NCBI GenBank assembly: GCA_951406725.2
Contig: OX597828.1
Coordinates: 2,294,001 to 2,358,000 of the forward strand
Reading direction: 5' to 3'
Source of the DNA: Octopus vulgaris
Lineage: Eukaryota
Length of the DNA: 64,000 nt
In this document: piece after piece, positions 39,734-51,389 of the stretch
How the letters are laid out: every line of letters starts with the position of its first letter
Position numbering within the stretch: position 1 is the stretch's first letter
Program-made: the position numbers and the translations under genes
The notes under the pieces: generated by a model
Databases searched by the model: none
Told to the model about the DNA's origin: nothing
The model's input: the letters and a program-made list of their open reading frames with translations, nothing else

Positions 39734-42594
39734 TAGCGGCGCGTTTCTCATCGTTACCTGTGGTCGACATTCTGGTGAAGGGGAAGATGTCGCGAGCCCT
39801 GGTGGACACGGGCTGTACGACGACCCTGATGACCACAGAAGTGGCAGAGACGTGGAGTGGAGGAAGCAGTGTCAGGGCAGTCGACGGAAGAGAAGTGCAC
39901 TGCGAAGGGGTTACGGATGCGCAGATTGTGGTGCAGGGACTGCAGCTGACGTTGCGAGCGATTGTGGTCGGTCACTTGGTGGACGAGATCGACGTGGTGA
40001 TGGGGATGGATGCGATCACCCGTCTGGGAGGTGTTACCGTCAACGAGGCTGGCGTAACGTTTGGGCTAGCAGGGAAGCCGTGTAGGGCGAGACCACGCAC
40101 CGACGACAACCGTGAGGAAATGGATGCGGCGCACACCATTGAAGACCAGGATTTTCGGGCTGTCTTTGATGGCGAGAGGTGGACAGTGGAGTGGCACTGG
40201 AAGGGAGAGCCCCCGATGTTAAAGAACAAAGTGGGCTGCTATCAGCATATTCTAAAAGGAGATGCCAGAAGTGAGTTCGAGGGGGAGGTGGAGCGGTGGA
40301 TTAAGGAGGGCATACTGATCCCCTGGGAAAAAGAAGAGAGCGGAGTCCTGCCACTGATGGCGGTGATACAGCCCACAAAGCGTAAGGTCAGGCCAGTGCT
40401 CGACTTCCGAGAGCTGAATGACCACGTGTCGTGTCATACAGGCGGCGAGGCCACGGATGTCTGCGGAGACACCTTGCGAGAGTGGAGGCAGACGGCGGGG
40501 GCCTCCACGATTGTCGATTTAAAGTCGGCATACCTTCAGGTTCATGTGGCTGAGAAACTATGGAGGTACCAGCTCGTCAGGTATAGGGGCCGGACGTACT
40601 GTCTGACCAGGTTGGGATTCGGGCTGAATTCAGCTCCGAAGATTATGGCAACAATTCTCAAGGCCGTCCTGGGGAAGGTGGACAGAGTAAAAAGGGCCAC
40701 CAATTCATACATCGACGACATTCTGGTGGATGAAACCGTGATACCAGCAACGGAGGTCATAGGCCACCTGAAGAGTTTTGGACTGATCGCCAAGCCGCCA
40801 GAGGCTATGGAGGGAGGTGCTGCACTGGGCCTCAAGCTATGGAGAGACAAAGCCGGCGCCTTGGTGTTCCGGCGAGGGAATGAGATCCCTGAACTGGGCG
40901 CCAGCATGAGTAGACGGGAGCTGTTCTCTGTGTGTGGGAAGCTGGTGGGACACTACCCGATTGCAGGCTGGCTCCGGACAGCATGCAGCTTCATCAAGAG
41001 ACGAGCCGAAGGAGTGAAGTGGAATGATAAAGTGGGGGAGAGGACGATCGACATGATGCAGGAAGTCCTGGTCAGGGTAGGAGCAGAGGACCCGGTGAGG
41101 GGCAGCTGGTACGTTCCCAAATCAAAGAGCGGGATCGTATGGTGTGACGCCAGTAGCATCGCAATAGGGGTTGTCTTGGAAGTGGGAGGTGTCACGGTGG
41201 AAGATGCAGCCTGGCTCAGGAAGATGGATGACTGCAGTCACATCAACGTGGCGGAGTTGGAAGCCGTGCTGAAGGGGGTGAACCTAGCCTTGAAGTGGGG
41301 GTTGCACACCATAGAAATCAGGACTGATTCAGCCACTGTACTTGGTTGGGCGACGGCAGTCATCACCGATGAGCGGAGGGTGCGGACCAAAGGGGCTGCA
41401 GAGATGCTGGTAAAGCGTCGATTGGGGATACTGCGTGAACTGACCACTGAGTTCAATCTGAAGCTGAGCGTGATCTTTGTGCCTTCCGAGAAGAACAGGG
41501 CAGACGTCCTGACCAGGGTTAAGCGAGCCTGGTTGCAAGTGCCAGAGGATACGAAGCAGGATGTAGCTGCAGTATGCCATCTGAGCAACTCGGAGTTGCG
41601 GAGACTGCACACCATGCATCACATGGGTGTGGACAGGACGTTGTTCCTGGCCAGAAAAGTCGACTCCGGCGTAACAAGACAGAGCGTGCGGAGAGTGGTT
41701 AGCAGTTGTGACAGGTGCCAGTCCATCGACCCTGCTCCGGTCGTGCATGAAGCGGGAAGTATTCCAGTGGACCAGGACTGGAGACGACTGGCGGTGGACA
41801 TAACACACTACCGGCAGGGGACATACCTCTCAATGGTTGACTGCGGACCGGGGCGGTTCGCCATATGGAGGGAGATGAGGTCAGGAACCGCAGAAGAAAT
41901 TGCGAAAGTGCTGAACGAGATATTCCTGGAACGAGGCCCCGTGGATGAACTGCTTCTGGACAACGGCACTGCATTTCGCTCGGAGGCGCTGAGAGAAATG
42001 CTTGATGAGTGGAAGGTCAACCGCTTCTTCAGGGCGGCATACCGGCCAAGTGGAAACGGGGTGGTGGAAAGGCATCATCGTACCATCAAGGCCATGGCAG
42101 AGAGGGGTCACATTTCACCAGTCAAGGCCGTGTTTTGGTACAACATGTCGCCCAGATCAGGACAGGCCGAGGAGTCGGTGCCACACAGGGCAATATTCAG
42201 GTACGAGTGGAGGCATCCGTGTACTACATCAATGCGACCCGGGGCAGAGGAAGAGCACACCTTCGTGCAGGTCGGGGAGGAAGTCTGGGTAAAACCCCCG
42301 AACGCACGGTGTACATCGCAATGGGGAAAGGGGACAATAACCTCCGTAAATTCAAAGAATAACATCTCGGTAGATGGTATGCCACGCCACGTTTTGGACA
42401 TACGGAGGATTGTCCATGCCCCGGAGGATGGGACAAGCAACAGTGGGCAGGACGATAACAACAGACAGGATGACGAGGTCGGCAGCAACACGCCAGAAAC
42501 AAGTCCTAGGGTCGCACTGCGACCACAGAGGGAGCGGCACCCTCCTCCCTGGTTGGCTGACTACGAAACCAGTTTCAGGTGCGGGAGCGAGTGA
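39634..42594 (+). CDS. pol: Pol polyprotein (protease, RT, RNase H, integrase), expressed by -1 frameshift
   Basis: ALVDTGCT; LDFRELN, VDLKSAYLQV, GFGLNSAP, YIDD; WCDAS, HINVAELEA, TDS, ADVLTR; HHCC, VDITH, LLDNG, NGVVER; no stops. Confidence 0.96.
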   Translation: MLPVSRAGACGQRVSAGKRTAGDYCAGSCPFGLVAARFSSLPVVDILVKGKMSRALVDTGCTTTLMTTEVAETWSGGSSVRAVDGREVHCEGVTDAQIVVQGLQLTLRAIVVGHLVDEIDVVMGMDAITRLGGVTVNEAGVTFGLAGKPCRARPRTDDNREEMDAAHTIEDQDFRAVFDGERWTVEWHWKGEPPMLKNKVGCYQHILKGDARSEFEGEVERWIKEGILIPWEKEESGVLPLMAVIQPTKRKVRPVLDFRELNDHVSCHTGGEATDVCGDTLREWRQTAGASTIVDLKSAYLQVHVAEKLWRYQLVRYRGRTYCLTRLGFGLNSAPKIMATILKAVLGKVDRVKRATNSYIDDILVDETVIPATEVIGHLKSFGLIAKPPEAMEGGAALGLKLWRDKAGALVFRRGNEIPELGASMSRRELFSVCGKLVGHYPIAGWLRTACSFIKRRAEGVKWNDKVGERTIDMMQEVLVRVGAEDPVRGSWYVPKSKSGIVWCDASSIAIGVVLEVGGVTVEDAAWLRKMDDCSHINVAELEAVLKGVNLALKWGLHTIEIRTDSATVLGWATAVITDERRVRTKGAAEMLVKRRLGILRELTTEFNLKLSVIFVPSEKNRADVLTRVKRAWLQVPEDTKQDVAAVCHLSNSELRRLHTMHHMGVDRTLFLARKVDSGVTRQSVRRVVSSCDRCQSIDPAPVVHEAGSIPVDQDWRRLAVDITHYRQGTYLSMVDCGPGRFAIWREMRSGTAEEIAKVLNEIFLERGPVDELLLDNGTAFRSEALREMLDEWKVNRFFRAAYRPSGNGVVERHHRTIKAMAERGHISPVKAVFWYNMSPRSGQAEESVPHRAIFRYEWRHPCTTSMRPGAEEEHTFVQVGEEVWVKPPNARCTSQWGKGTITSVNSKNNISVDGMPRHVLDIRRIVHAPEDGTSNSGQDDNNRQDDEVGSNTPETSPRVALRPQRERHPPPWLADYETSFRCGSE
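39682..39743 (+). promoter_or_regulatory. -1 ribosomal frameshift signal (slippery heptamer + H-type pseudoknot)
   Basis: G GGA AAC in gag frame, 7-nt spacer, stem GGGA-GACTAC/GTAGTT-G-TCCC, loop GCGCCG pairs with downstream CGGCGC. Confidence 0.85.
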
Positions 42595-42621
42595 GGAAGC
42601 CGGTTCAGTGATCTATAGATC

Positions 42622-42630
42622 AGGGGGGCG
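42622..42630 (+). promoter_or_regulatory. polypurine tract
   Basis: AGGGGGGCG directly before the 3' LTR. Confidence 0.8.
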
Positions 42631-42906
42631 TGTGGTGTGGTGATGAGGGAGTGTGACAGAGCGGGAGGGAGCGGAAGTGGGTCTTGCAGGTCTCGCAGGG
42701 CGCATGCGCCGGCGGAAGCGGAAGTGACAGACAGAACGCACGTGCAGCATCGACCAGGGCAGTCAGACTCGAGAACGACGCCAAGACGAGAAGACGCTAG
42801 CAAGTTGGCTCAAGGCGAATCCGGCTTCATCTCTGCAGGTAAGACCAAATTACACTTCTAATTCTTTTCCTTGTTCTGTTACGCTCCTTTCACCACACGT
42901 ATCACA
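42631..42906 (+). repeat. 3' LTR
   Basis: Matches 38650-38925. Confidence 0.97.
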
Positions 42907-42996
42907 ACAATTTCATATGACACCGCTAGAAAAAACTGCCGTTCAAACCGAAAAGATCTTTTAAAGCTATTATGCTTGTTAGTAATGGGGCGATGC

Positions 42997-43107
<111 letters not shown>

Positions 43108-43241
43108 GGAATCCTTATTTAGGAGCCCTTAATTACATTTCTACATGAATAATATTTTTCTATATGAATAATATTTTGTCTAATGACTAATTCGTCCTTT
43201 GTGCTGGGCCACTGGTAGTAATCTATATTATTACCCTTTTG

Positions 43242-43283
<42 letters not shown>

Positions 43284-43312
43284 TCGCTGTTGTCTATGTT
43301 GATTTTACACGC

Positions 43313-43348
<36 letters not shown>

Positions 43349-43353
<5 letters not shown>

Positions 43354-43575
43354 ATCCAAACAAGAAAACACAGAAAAAAGAAAAAAAAGAAAAAAACACA
43401 GCAACGCAGGACGTGGAACAATTAAAGTATTATTGACGCTCAGGAAAGAAGGGAAGGAGGGTTTAACGTTTCGAGCGGAGCTCTTCGTCGGAAACAAGGA
43501 GAAGGAAAGATCCCAAGAAGGGAAGACAGAGGAAAAAATATTTGAGCTGGTGGTGCTCAAGAGATCACATGTTGA
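43349..43575 (-). mobile_element. family D short element with hammerhead-like motif
   Basis: Minus strand GTTT-CCGACGA-AGAGCTCCGCTC-GAAACGTT-AAAC (43461-43495); within (TA)n. Confidence 0.65.
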
Positions 43576-43605
43576 AATATATATATATATATATATATAC
43601 GTGTG

Positions 43606-43645
<40 letters not shown>

Positions 43646-43934
43646 GTGTGTAAAATCAACATAGACAACAGCGACAGAGACAATAGTGAACCACAACACA
43701 GCGTGTGGTTATCATGGTAACAAGCTGCTAATACCACACTGTATTGTGTTGATTGACTAAAATTCCCAAATTTCCCAACTTTAATGCCAAATAATTTCAG
43801 ATTCTTTAATTTACGAGATAAAGTAATTGGTTGATCGTAATCAAAATTCACAGTTGCATCGATAGACCATAATTGAAATCAATCTGAGAAAACTTTATGT
43901 GGGGCTCATTTTGTGAATGAGAAAGTCTAGAGCC

Positions 43935-44105
43935 ATTATTTGATATGTACGTTTCCGGTTTGCGTAATATGTAAGAAGTACACCTATTACGTAAACTTTT
44001 ATCAGTTAAAGCATTCTGAAATGCTTTAACTAGAGAAAATTTACGTGGTGGATGCATTTCCTCTTATATATTACACAAACCAGAAACGTACGTAATAAAT
44101 TATTT
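43935..44105. repeat. head-to-head pair of degenerate hammerhead-like units
   Basis: Centre AGTTAAAGCATT..AATGCTTTAACT; each arm resembles 1658-1732 and ends GAAACGTAC(G/A)TA. Confidence 0.55.
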
Positions 44106-45099
44106 TGAATTATCATTATTTGGTTTCACTTCATTATTACAACTAATGTGTGCGTGTGTGTTCATACATACATACATACATACATACATATCACCCACAT
44201 CATAAGCAGTTGTCCGAAAATACCATCATGGTATTATCTACTGGTATTTTAGAAGTTATTTTGTGTTGCCATATTTGGATAATTTCAACCAATCAATGAC
44301 GTGTATTCAGTTGAAGAAAGTTATCGCCGTTTGCGACAGTAATCGAAGTGGAACAACTTCTGGGTCATCTCTACTAAATGTCACCACTCTGTTCTACTTT
44401 ATTTTTTGTTTGCTGCCTGTGTTGCATATTACACGCTTTTTTTTTTTGTATTTGTATTTTTTGGTTCTCGCGTCGGAGTAACCAGTAAACATCGAAGAAT
44501 CAACACCAAGAAGGAAGAAATATTATTTACATATATTTATTCGATTGCCCGACATCGGTCTTTAAAAGACCTATAGAGCTATGAATCCGCAGCTAGCTTT
44601 TTTTGTTGTTGACGTGTATGTAGTTTCAAAATGCCTTATTTTGCAACTACGAGATGTATGGTTATTGTCATGATTTTATCTTACCATAATCAGCAACAAA
44701 CACATTTCGTCAATATAAAAGTCTTTATTAGATTAAAAATAACATCAAAACATGAAGGTAAAACAAAACAAATAGCGGATTATACACCGGAAAATACGGA
44801 AATTGTAGCGGAAGTTACAAGTTCGCTCGCTGGTTGCTAGTTGATAGTGTAGAAGGAAGGGAAAGAGTAAGGAATGCGCGATGCTGACTAGAAAGGAAGA
44901 AAGGATAAAGGTGGCATCGTCTTCGCTCGACATACGAATAGAACAGAGTAGTGACATTTAATAGAGATGATTCGGAAGTTGTTTTTTTTTTCGATTACTA
45001 TCGCAAACAGCAGTAGCTTTCTTCAACTGAATGCAACTTTAACACGAAATGACTTCTAAAATACCAAATTTTGTCAAAAATGTTCAAAGTAAACCGTGT

Positions 45100-45610
45100 T
45101 CTGTGTGAGACATTCCAGCAGTATGCGAAGTTTAGTAAAAAAAAATTAATTAAAAAATCTGTGAGCCAAACTAAACAGATCCGAAATAAGAACCCACAGT
45201 AGGGTAGAAGCCATAGCCACTCATGATAAAAAGGAATATTGGCAGAATGTCCCAGCGAAAACCTCAATAAAATGTAAGCGCAACAGACCTGATATAACGA
45301 TTCTGGATAGAGAAGAGGAACTGTACAGTTGTGGAAATTAGCTGCCCAGTGGCAGCTCAAGATCAGTGAAAAAGAGAAAATCTATGCTGAACTATTCAGA
45401 AATCTGCAGTTACTCTATCCAGATTACAAGTTCGGGTTTATATTTGTAATTATTGGGGCCCTGAGATATGTAACACACTGCCTAAATACCAATCTTGAGA
45501 AATTAGGCTTTTCAAAACCAGAAAGGAGAAAGTTAATTCAAAGACTACAGATCGAGTCCTTCACTGGAACTGTAAATGTCTGTAAAACTGCTAAGAAGTT
45601 TATCATTTAA
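45100..45610 (+). pseudogene. 3' end of RLE-type (R4/NeSL-like) non-LTR retrotransposon
   Basis: RPDI...VEISCP...EKEKIYAEL...VIIGALRYV...LEKLGF restriction-like endonuclease pattern. Confidence 0.65.
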
Positions 45611-45615
45611 ATATA

Positions 45616-46858
45616 CGAGGGGCGTTCAATAAGTAATGCCCCTGACCCACTTCCCATAGCAGTAGAGCAACGACACTTGGCACAGTTATTAGTCTTTTCC
45701 TACATAGGAACCACCCAGAGTTATGCATTTCTCCCATCGTTTGATATAGCTCTGAAGACCGTTTTTGTAGAAGACCCCAGCTTGGTCCTCCAACCACGAC
45801 GTGACTTCAGAAATCAAGGCTGCATCATCTGGGAAACGCTTTCCTTTCAAAATCAACTTCATGGCTGGGAAGAGGTGAAAATCAGAGGGTGCAAGGGGAG
45901 GAGTTCATAGCCATACGCCTGTGCTTCTGATCTGGCGACACACGAGTTGTGGACCGGAGCGTTGTCCTGCAGGAGGAGGATGCCTTTGCTGATCTTGCCC
46001 CGCCTCTTGATTTTGATAGCTTCTCTTAATTTCCTCAAAAGTGAAGCATAATAGGCTCCTGTAATTGTGGTACCATTTGCCAGGAAATCTGTCTTCACTA
46101 CTCCGTTCTGGTCCCAGAAGACTGTGAGCATAACCTTGTCAGCGGAGGGCTGCACCCTTGCCTTCTTTGGAGGAGGTGAGTCACGGTGCTTTCACTGCAT
46201 TGACTGGGCTTTGGTCTATGGATCATTGTGATGGACCCAGGTTTTATTCTGTGTGATCAGTCTTTTGAAAAATTTTGACTCATCTTCTTGGCACATCTCC
46301 AAATTCATCCTCGAGCACTCAACGCGTTCTTGCTTCTGGAAAGGTGTGAGCAACCTGGAAATCCATCTGGCAGACACCTTTTGCATATGCAAATGGTCAT
46401 GAATGATAGTTTCCACAGACCCGGTACTAATCTTGACCTTATGGGCTATTTGGCGAATAGTTATGCGTTGACCTTCCAAAATGGCAGCCTCAACTTGACG
46501 GACAGACGTCTCATCAACGGCAGAAGAGGGCGACCAGATCTGGGAGCTGTTTCTACAGAGTTCCGACTATGTTTGAATTCACAATGCCAGCGTTTTACAA
46601 GGTCATATGATGGGGCATCATCACCATAAGTTACTTTCATTTCATCAAAAGTCTCCCGTGGTGTGCGTCCTTTCAAATACAAAAACCAGATCACTGCTCG
46701 ACACTCAACAGGCTCCATTTCACACTTGACTCAGTTCAAACACCTGTAAATCAGAAACCACAATTAGTTCAGAGCTGTAATTCACCACTTAATCTATAGA
46801 GGTACAAATAAGTGCACATGCAAGTGGGTCAGGGGCATTACTTATTGAACGCCCCTCG
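45616..46858 (-). mobile_element. full-length mariner transposon (defective)
   Basis: Perfect 37-bp TIRs CGAGGGGCGTTCAATAAGTAATGCCCCTGACCCACTT, TA on both sides. Confidence 0.95.
45690..46718 (-). pseudogene. mariner DD34D transposase pseudogene
   Basis: Three ORF pieces: MEPVECRAVIWFL..RSGRP; KVSARWISRLLT..ITQNKTWVHH (first D->N); KVMLTVFWD..LLQDNAPVH; frameshifts and stop. Confidence 0.9.
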
Positions 46859-47487
46859 TATATGAGCATGTTTAGATATGCAACTATGTGCATGAGAGTA
46901 CATACATAAAACAAAACATACAAATCTGCAGACAGATAGATAGATAGATAGATAGATAGATACATACATACATACATACATACATACATACATACATACA
47001 TACATACATACATACATACATACATACATACATACATACTGAAGCTTCTCTGCTACTACTTTGGATTTCACTTTCGGAGGCTCAGGTATCATTAGCCAAC
47101 AATTCAGGAACGGAATCATGGAATAGTAAAAACGAAGCTTCGGCATTCACTAAATATTAATACAACTGTACTGAGAGCTTTTTCTTCGTATATCAATACA
47201 TCCCTTCGTAGATATGCATATGCATATATTTATCAACTACTTTTGTCGTTTTCGATTATACTTTATTTTTCATCTGTCGTCGTTTATAGCCAGTTTATGT
47301 TTTCGTCACCGACCGTACATTTATCTCAGCAGATTTTTGCAATTGACGCTTTCAAAATGAGCATTCGTATCCATAATAGCGCGAAATTGTGATGATTTTT
47401 GGCCGATAACTGATGAGGGACGAGCATGTTCGCGTCTCACGAGTGATTTTTCCGTGCATTCCTTTGTCGCCTTTCTCTGCAATTTTC

Positions 47488-47520
<33 letters not shown>

Positions 47521-47521
<1 letters not shown>

Positions 47522-47680
47522 AGAGAGAGTGAAAGAAAATGAAATTCAGGAACGTCTTTATTATTTCACTACGATCGTTTCGACCCAACGTGCACCGGTA
47601 TCTCGCAGGTTGTGCACTATGGGGTGAAACGATTGTAGTGAATGATAAAGAATCTCGTGAATTTTATTTTTCTCTCTCTC
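47521..47680. repeat. imperfect palindrome built from hammerhead 3'-half-like arms
   Basis: TTCACTACGATCGTTTC ... GAAACGATTGTAGTGAA arms ending in (GA)n/(TC)n. Confidence 0.6.
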
Positions 47681-47891
47681 ATATTTTTACATCCTCTACA
47701 GACACGAAAAAATTCCTGAAGTAAATCAAGTTGCATTTACCTCCATACTGTTGATGACATCAGGTTGCCGAATACTGTGAATGAGCATTCCACCAGGTGT
47801 ATACTCGAATATAAAATTATTACTTACACACACACACATACATACATATGTGTGTGCGTATGCATTTTAATGTATGCGTGTATGTGTGTGT

Positions 47892-47956
<65 letters not shown>

Positions 47957-49656
47957 AGCTTAGAGAAGAAGAAGAAACGAAACGAAACGAATCGAATCGA
48001 ATCGACGCGAGGGCGCTCAGTCATACAATAGTGTAACAAATAAAATATATGCATACATACAAACATATATGTACGTACCTACATCTACATGTATATATAC
48101 ATGCATATATAAATATATATACGTGCGTACAGGACACCACAAATAGACGTAGAACTCAACGAGAAACGAAAAAGTAAAAACAGCATGGAACGGACCATAT
48201 ATTATATATATATATATATATATATAGGTATGAATAAATGCATATGCATGATACACACACACATATCCATGCGTACATATATAATCGCACACACATACAA
48301 ACAACGAAGGAGAAAGACGATGAGAGTGGGAGAACAGCTGACGCAGCCAGTTACACACATACTCCCCTACACACACATGCACATGTACTTACATAATTGC
48401 ATTTATCCACATATGCATATAAAATACAAACATGAAAACATGCATACAAACATCAATTTATCTGAGTATATCATTCATTGTTATTAGTAATTGTTTTGTG
48501 TTGATGATTGCTTCCCAAGCACAGGCACCGCACATCACTACAGCAACCACTGCCATTGCTATACTTATGTAAACTCTTTCCCCTCCTTTGCTGAAAATGT
48601 TACCATGTTGAGCTCAGGAGTAATCGAGATAATACCTCTAATCATCTCCAGATGACGGCATAAAATAAAGCAATTTATTAAATTGAAGTGGTATTACAGC
48701 AATTTGAAATGAAGCAGCCAAAACAAGCTAGGGAACAAAAACGGAAAATTTGGCTTTCACAAGAGAGTTATTTTAATTTAGTCTTGGAGAAATCCGGAAA
48801 CATTCATGCTCAGTCATGCTAACAACATCGTTTTCATCATCATTATCATCATTATCAGCAGCAGTAGCAAAACCTCCTCCACAACCACTACCATCACTGT
48901 ATCATCATCGTCATCATCATCATCATCATCATCATCATTACTTTCTCAGTTGTCTTATATTTTATTGGTCATTTTCACTGCATTACCGAGTGCCGAGTGC
49001 TGTACTGGCTACAGTTAATAGGCTGGCAATCCCTTGTAATACTGTTTCCAACATCTGATTCTTTTATTATGTGTGTCTGCATGTTTTTCTTTTTTTATTA
49101 TTATCCTTTCCGTGTACCAATAGCCCATCTCTATTTCTAGATGTCAATATTTGAATAATTACTCTAATTTCTTTTAGAGACACATTGTCGTCTTCGGAGA
49201 CTGATTAGACGTTTGAGGAGTTCTTCGTTTGCTGCTGACATAGCAATAATATCCGGTGATTAGCTTTTATCTCCCTGCCTATGTGGTTTGGCTTATCCTG
49301 AAGGCATTATCATTGTCTGACTCCTTTTTCAGTCTTTTCTATTGATATTTAATATTCTATTAATGTTTCTACTGATATTTCCTTTTACTAACATTAATTC
49401 CACTGTCTCTATACCCTCACATCTGCCATCACTGGGTATATTCTTTCCTGTCTAAGAGTGGTTGGACAGAAATAATATCGTTAATTGTTTTCTTTTCTTT
49501 TTTTTCTTTTCTCATTTTCTCCAATCACTTTATATTTCGGCAGCTGCTTAATGTATTCTGGTTCATTTCGTGATTTTGTGGTTTGTGGTAGAAAGGTTTT
49601 AAACCTCTGTAGCAATCAATAATCCTTTAACCTCATGTTTAATAATCTTTTATCAC

Positions 49657-49830
49657 TTACCTGTTTCAGACATTAGACTGGGCCATGCTGGAGCACCGCC
49701 TTGGAGAATTTTAGTCGAATAAACCGACCTTAGTACTATTATTTTTTTTAAAGCCTGCTAATTATTCTACGGTCACCTCTAAGTTACAGAGACGTAAACA
49801 CACCTACACCGGTTGTCAATCAGAGACACA
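49657..49830 (-). mobile_element. SINE family B 3' fragment
   Basis: GGCCATGCTGGAGCACCGCC...GACGTAAACACACC..CCGGTTGTCAA. Confidence 0.7.
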
Positions 49831-50844
49831 CATGTGTATATATATATAATTTTTTTGTTATATATTTTTTTACTTTCATGTTTTTTTACTTTCATATTTA
49901 TTTTCATTTTGTTCATTAATATTTCTTTACCTTCTTTTTCGCCTCTATCCCCCCTCTAGTTTTTAACTTCTTAATCTCTATTCATTCAAGCTTGTGTTCA
50001 ATTTACTGTTCCCTATTTTTATTTCTGTTTTTATCTTTTCTCTAATTTTGCCGCATCATTACTTTTTTCTTTTTCTTTCTTTTCTGATTTACCCTTACAC
50101 TTCTTTAACTTGCTAATTATTCACTAATAATTTATTTATTCATAATTGTTTATAATAGTTACACCACCGTATTTGAGACAGACATTTAGAACATGTGGGT
50201 TCCTTTTGCGTGTGTGCAGGAATGCATAGGTGTGGAGACCTGTATATTTCGGGAGTTACACGTACCCTTGCGTGGAAGTATGTACCTGCGCAGGCGCACT
50301 CACATTAGTGCACGCGCGTGTATATGCGTATATGGGCATATATGTGCATATGAGTATGTCCATGTGTGTGCGTGTAGTGGTGGGCGTATATACACGTTTG
50401 TATGGATGTGTACGTAGGTATATATATATGTGTGTATATGTATATGTGTGTATATATATATGTGTGTATGTTTGTACACTTATGTGTATGTGTGTGTATG
50501 TGTATGTGTATGTATACATGTATATACATTTCTAGTACCTCTTTGTTCGAGTGCATAAGGATACATATGCACGTGCGTAGATATAGGAATGGGTATACCT
50601 GTTTCTGTGCCTGTGGGGATATATGTACATATGTCTATGTTCTTGAATCTGGGTGTGTTTGTATATATGTATTTATGTGCACTCGTGCACGCGTGAGGAC
50701 GGGTGTATGTATGCATATATAAACAGGTGTGTGTACGCATGAACTTGAATGAACCTCTATGGACGCATATATGTCGATGTATGCATGTGTTTGTTTGTGT
50801 ATGGGTTTCATTGTATATCTTTACACATGTACTTATACATATCT

Positions 50845-51051
50845 TTTTTACTATTTTACTTGTTTCAGTCATTTGACTGCGGCCATGCTGGAGCACCGCC
50901 TTTAGTCGAGCAAATCGACCCCAGGAGTTATTCTTTGTAAGCCCAGTACTTATTCTATCGGTCTGTTTTGCCGAACTGCTAAATGACGGCGACGTAAACA
51001 CACCAGCATCGGTTGTCAAGCAATGCTAGGGGGACAAACACAGACACACAA

Positions 51052-51114
<63 letters not shown>

Positions 51115-51289
51115 CATACATATATACGACGGGCTTCTTTCAATTTCCGTCACCAAATCCACTCACAAGGCTTTGGTCGACCCGAGGCTATAGTAGAAGA
51201 CACTTGCCCAAGGTGCCACGCAGTGGGACTGAACCCGGAACCATGTGGTTGGTAAACAAGCTACTTACCACACAGTCACTCCTGCACCT
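50845..51289 (-). mobile_element. SINE family B, full length
   Basis: Matches 24853-25310 and 63550-63941. Confidence 0.9.
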
Positions 51290-51389
51290 ATGTATATGTA
51301 TAAATATATAACGGGAAGCTTACGAAAATAAACAAAAGACGAAGGCAGGTGGAGTACAAACAAACAATTGTATTAGTATGGCGCTCAAG

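Larger units (their letters stand above)
38650..42906 (+). mobile_element. intact, young Ty3/Gypsy LTR retrotransposon (4257 bp)
   Basis: Two 276-bp TG...CA LTRs, 5-bp TSD ACAAT (38645-38649, 42907-42911), gag and PR-RT-RH-IN ORFs, PPT. Confidence 0.97.
38268..42959. mobile_element. Merlin-like MITE (~435 bp) interrupted by the Gypsy element
   Basis: 28-bp TIR GATCTTTTCGGTTTGAACGGCAGTTTTT / AAAAACTGCCGTTCAAACCGAAAAGATC, GG terminus, 8-bp TSD TTTGAAGC/TTTAAAGC, internal (CCCTAA)n; superfamily call is inference. Confidence 0.75.

Noticed and set aside
38869-42540. Antisense and alternative-frame ORFs inside the Gypsy element (e.g. 250 aa at 38869-39621)
   Set aside because: Expected shadows of GC-rich gag/pol coding sequence; no recognisable motifs
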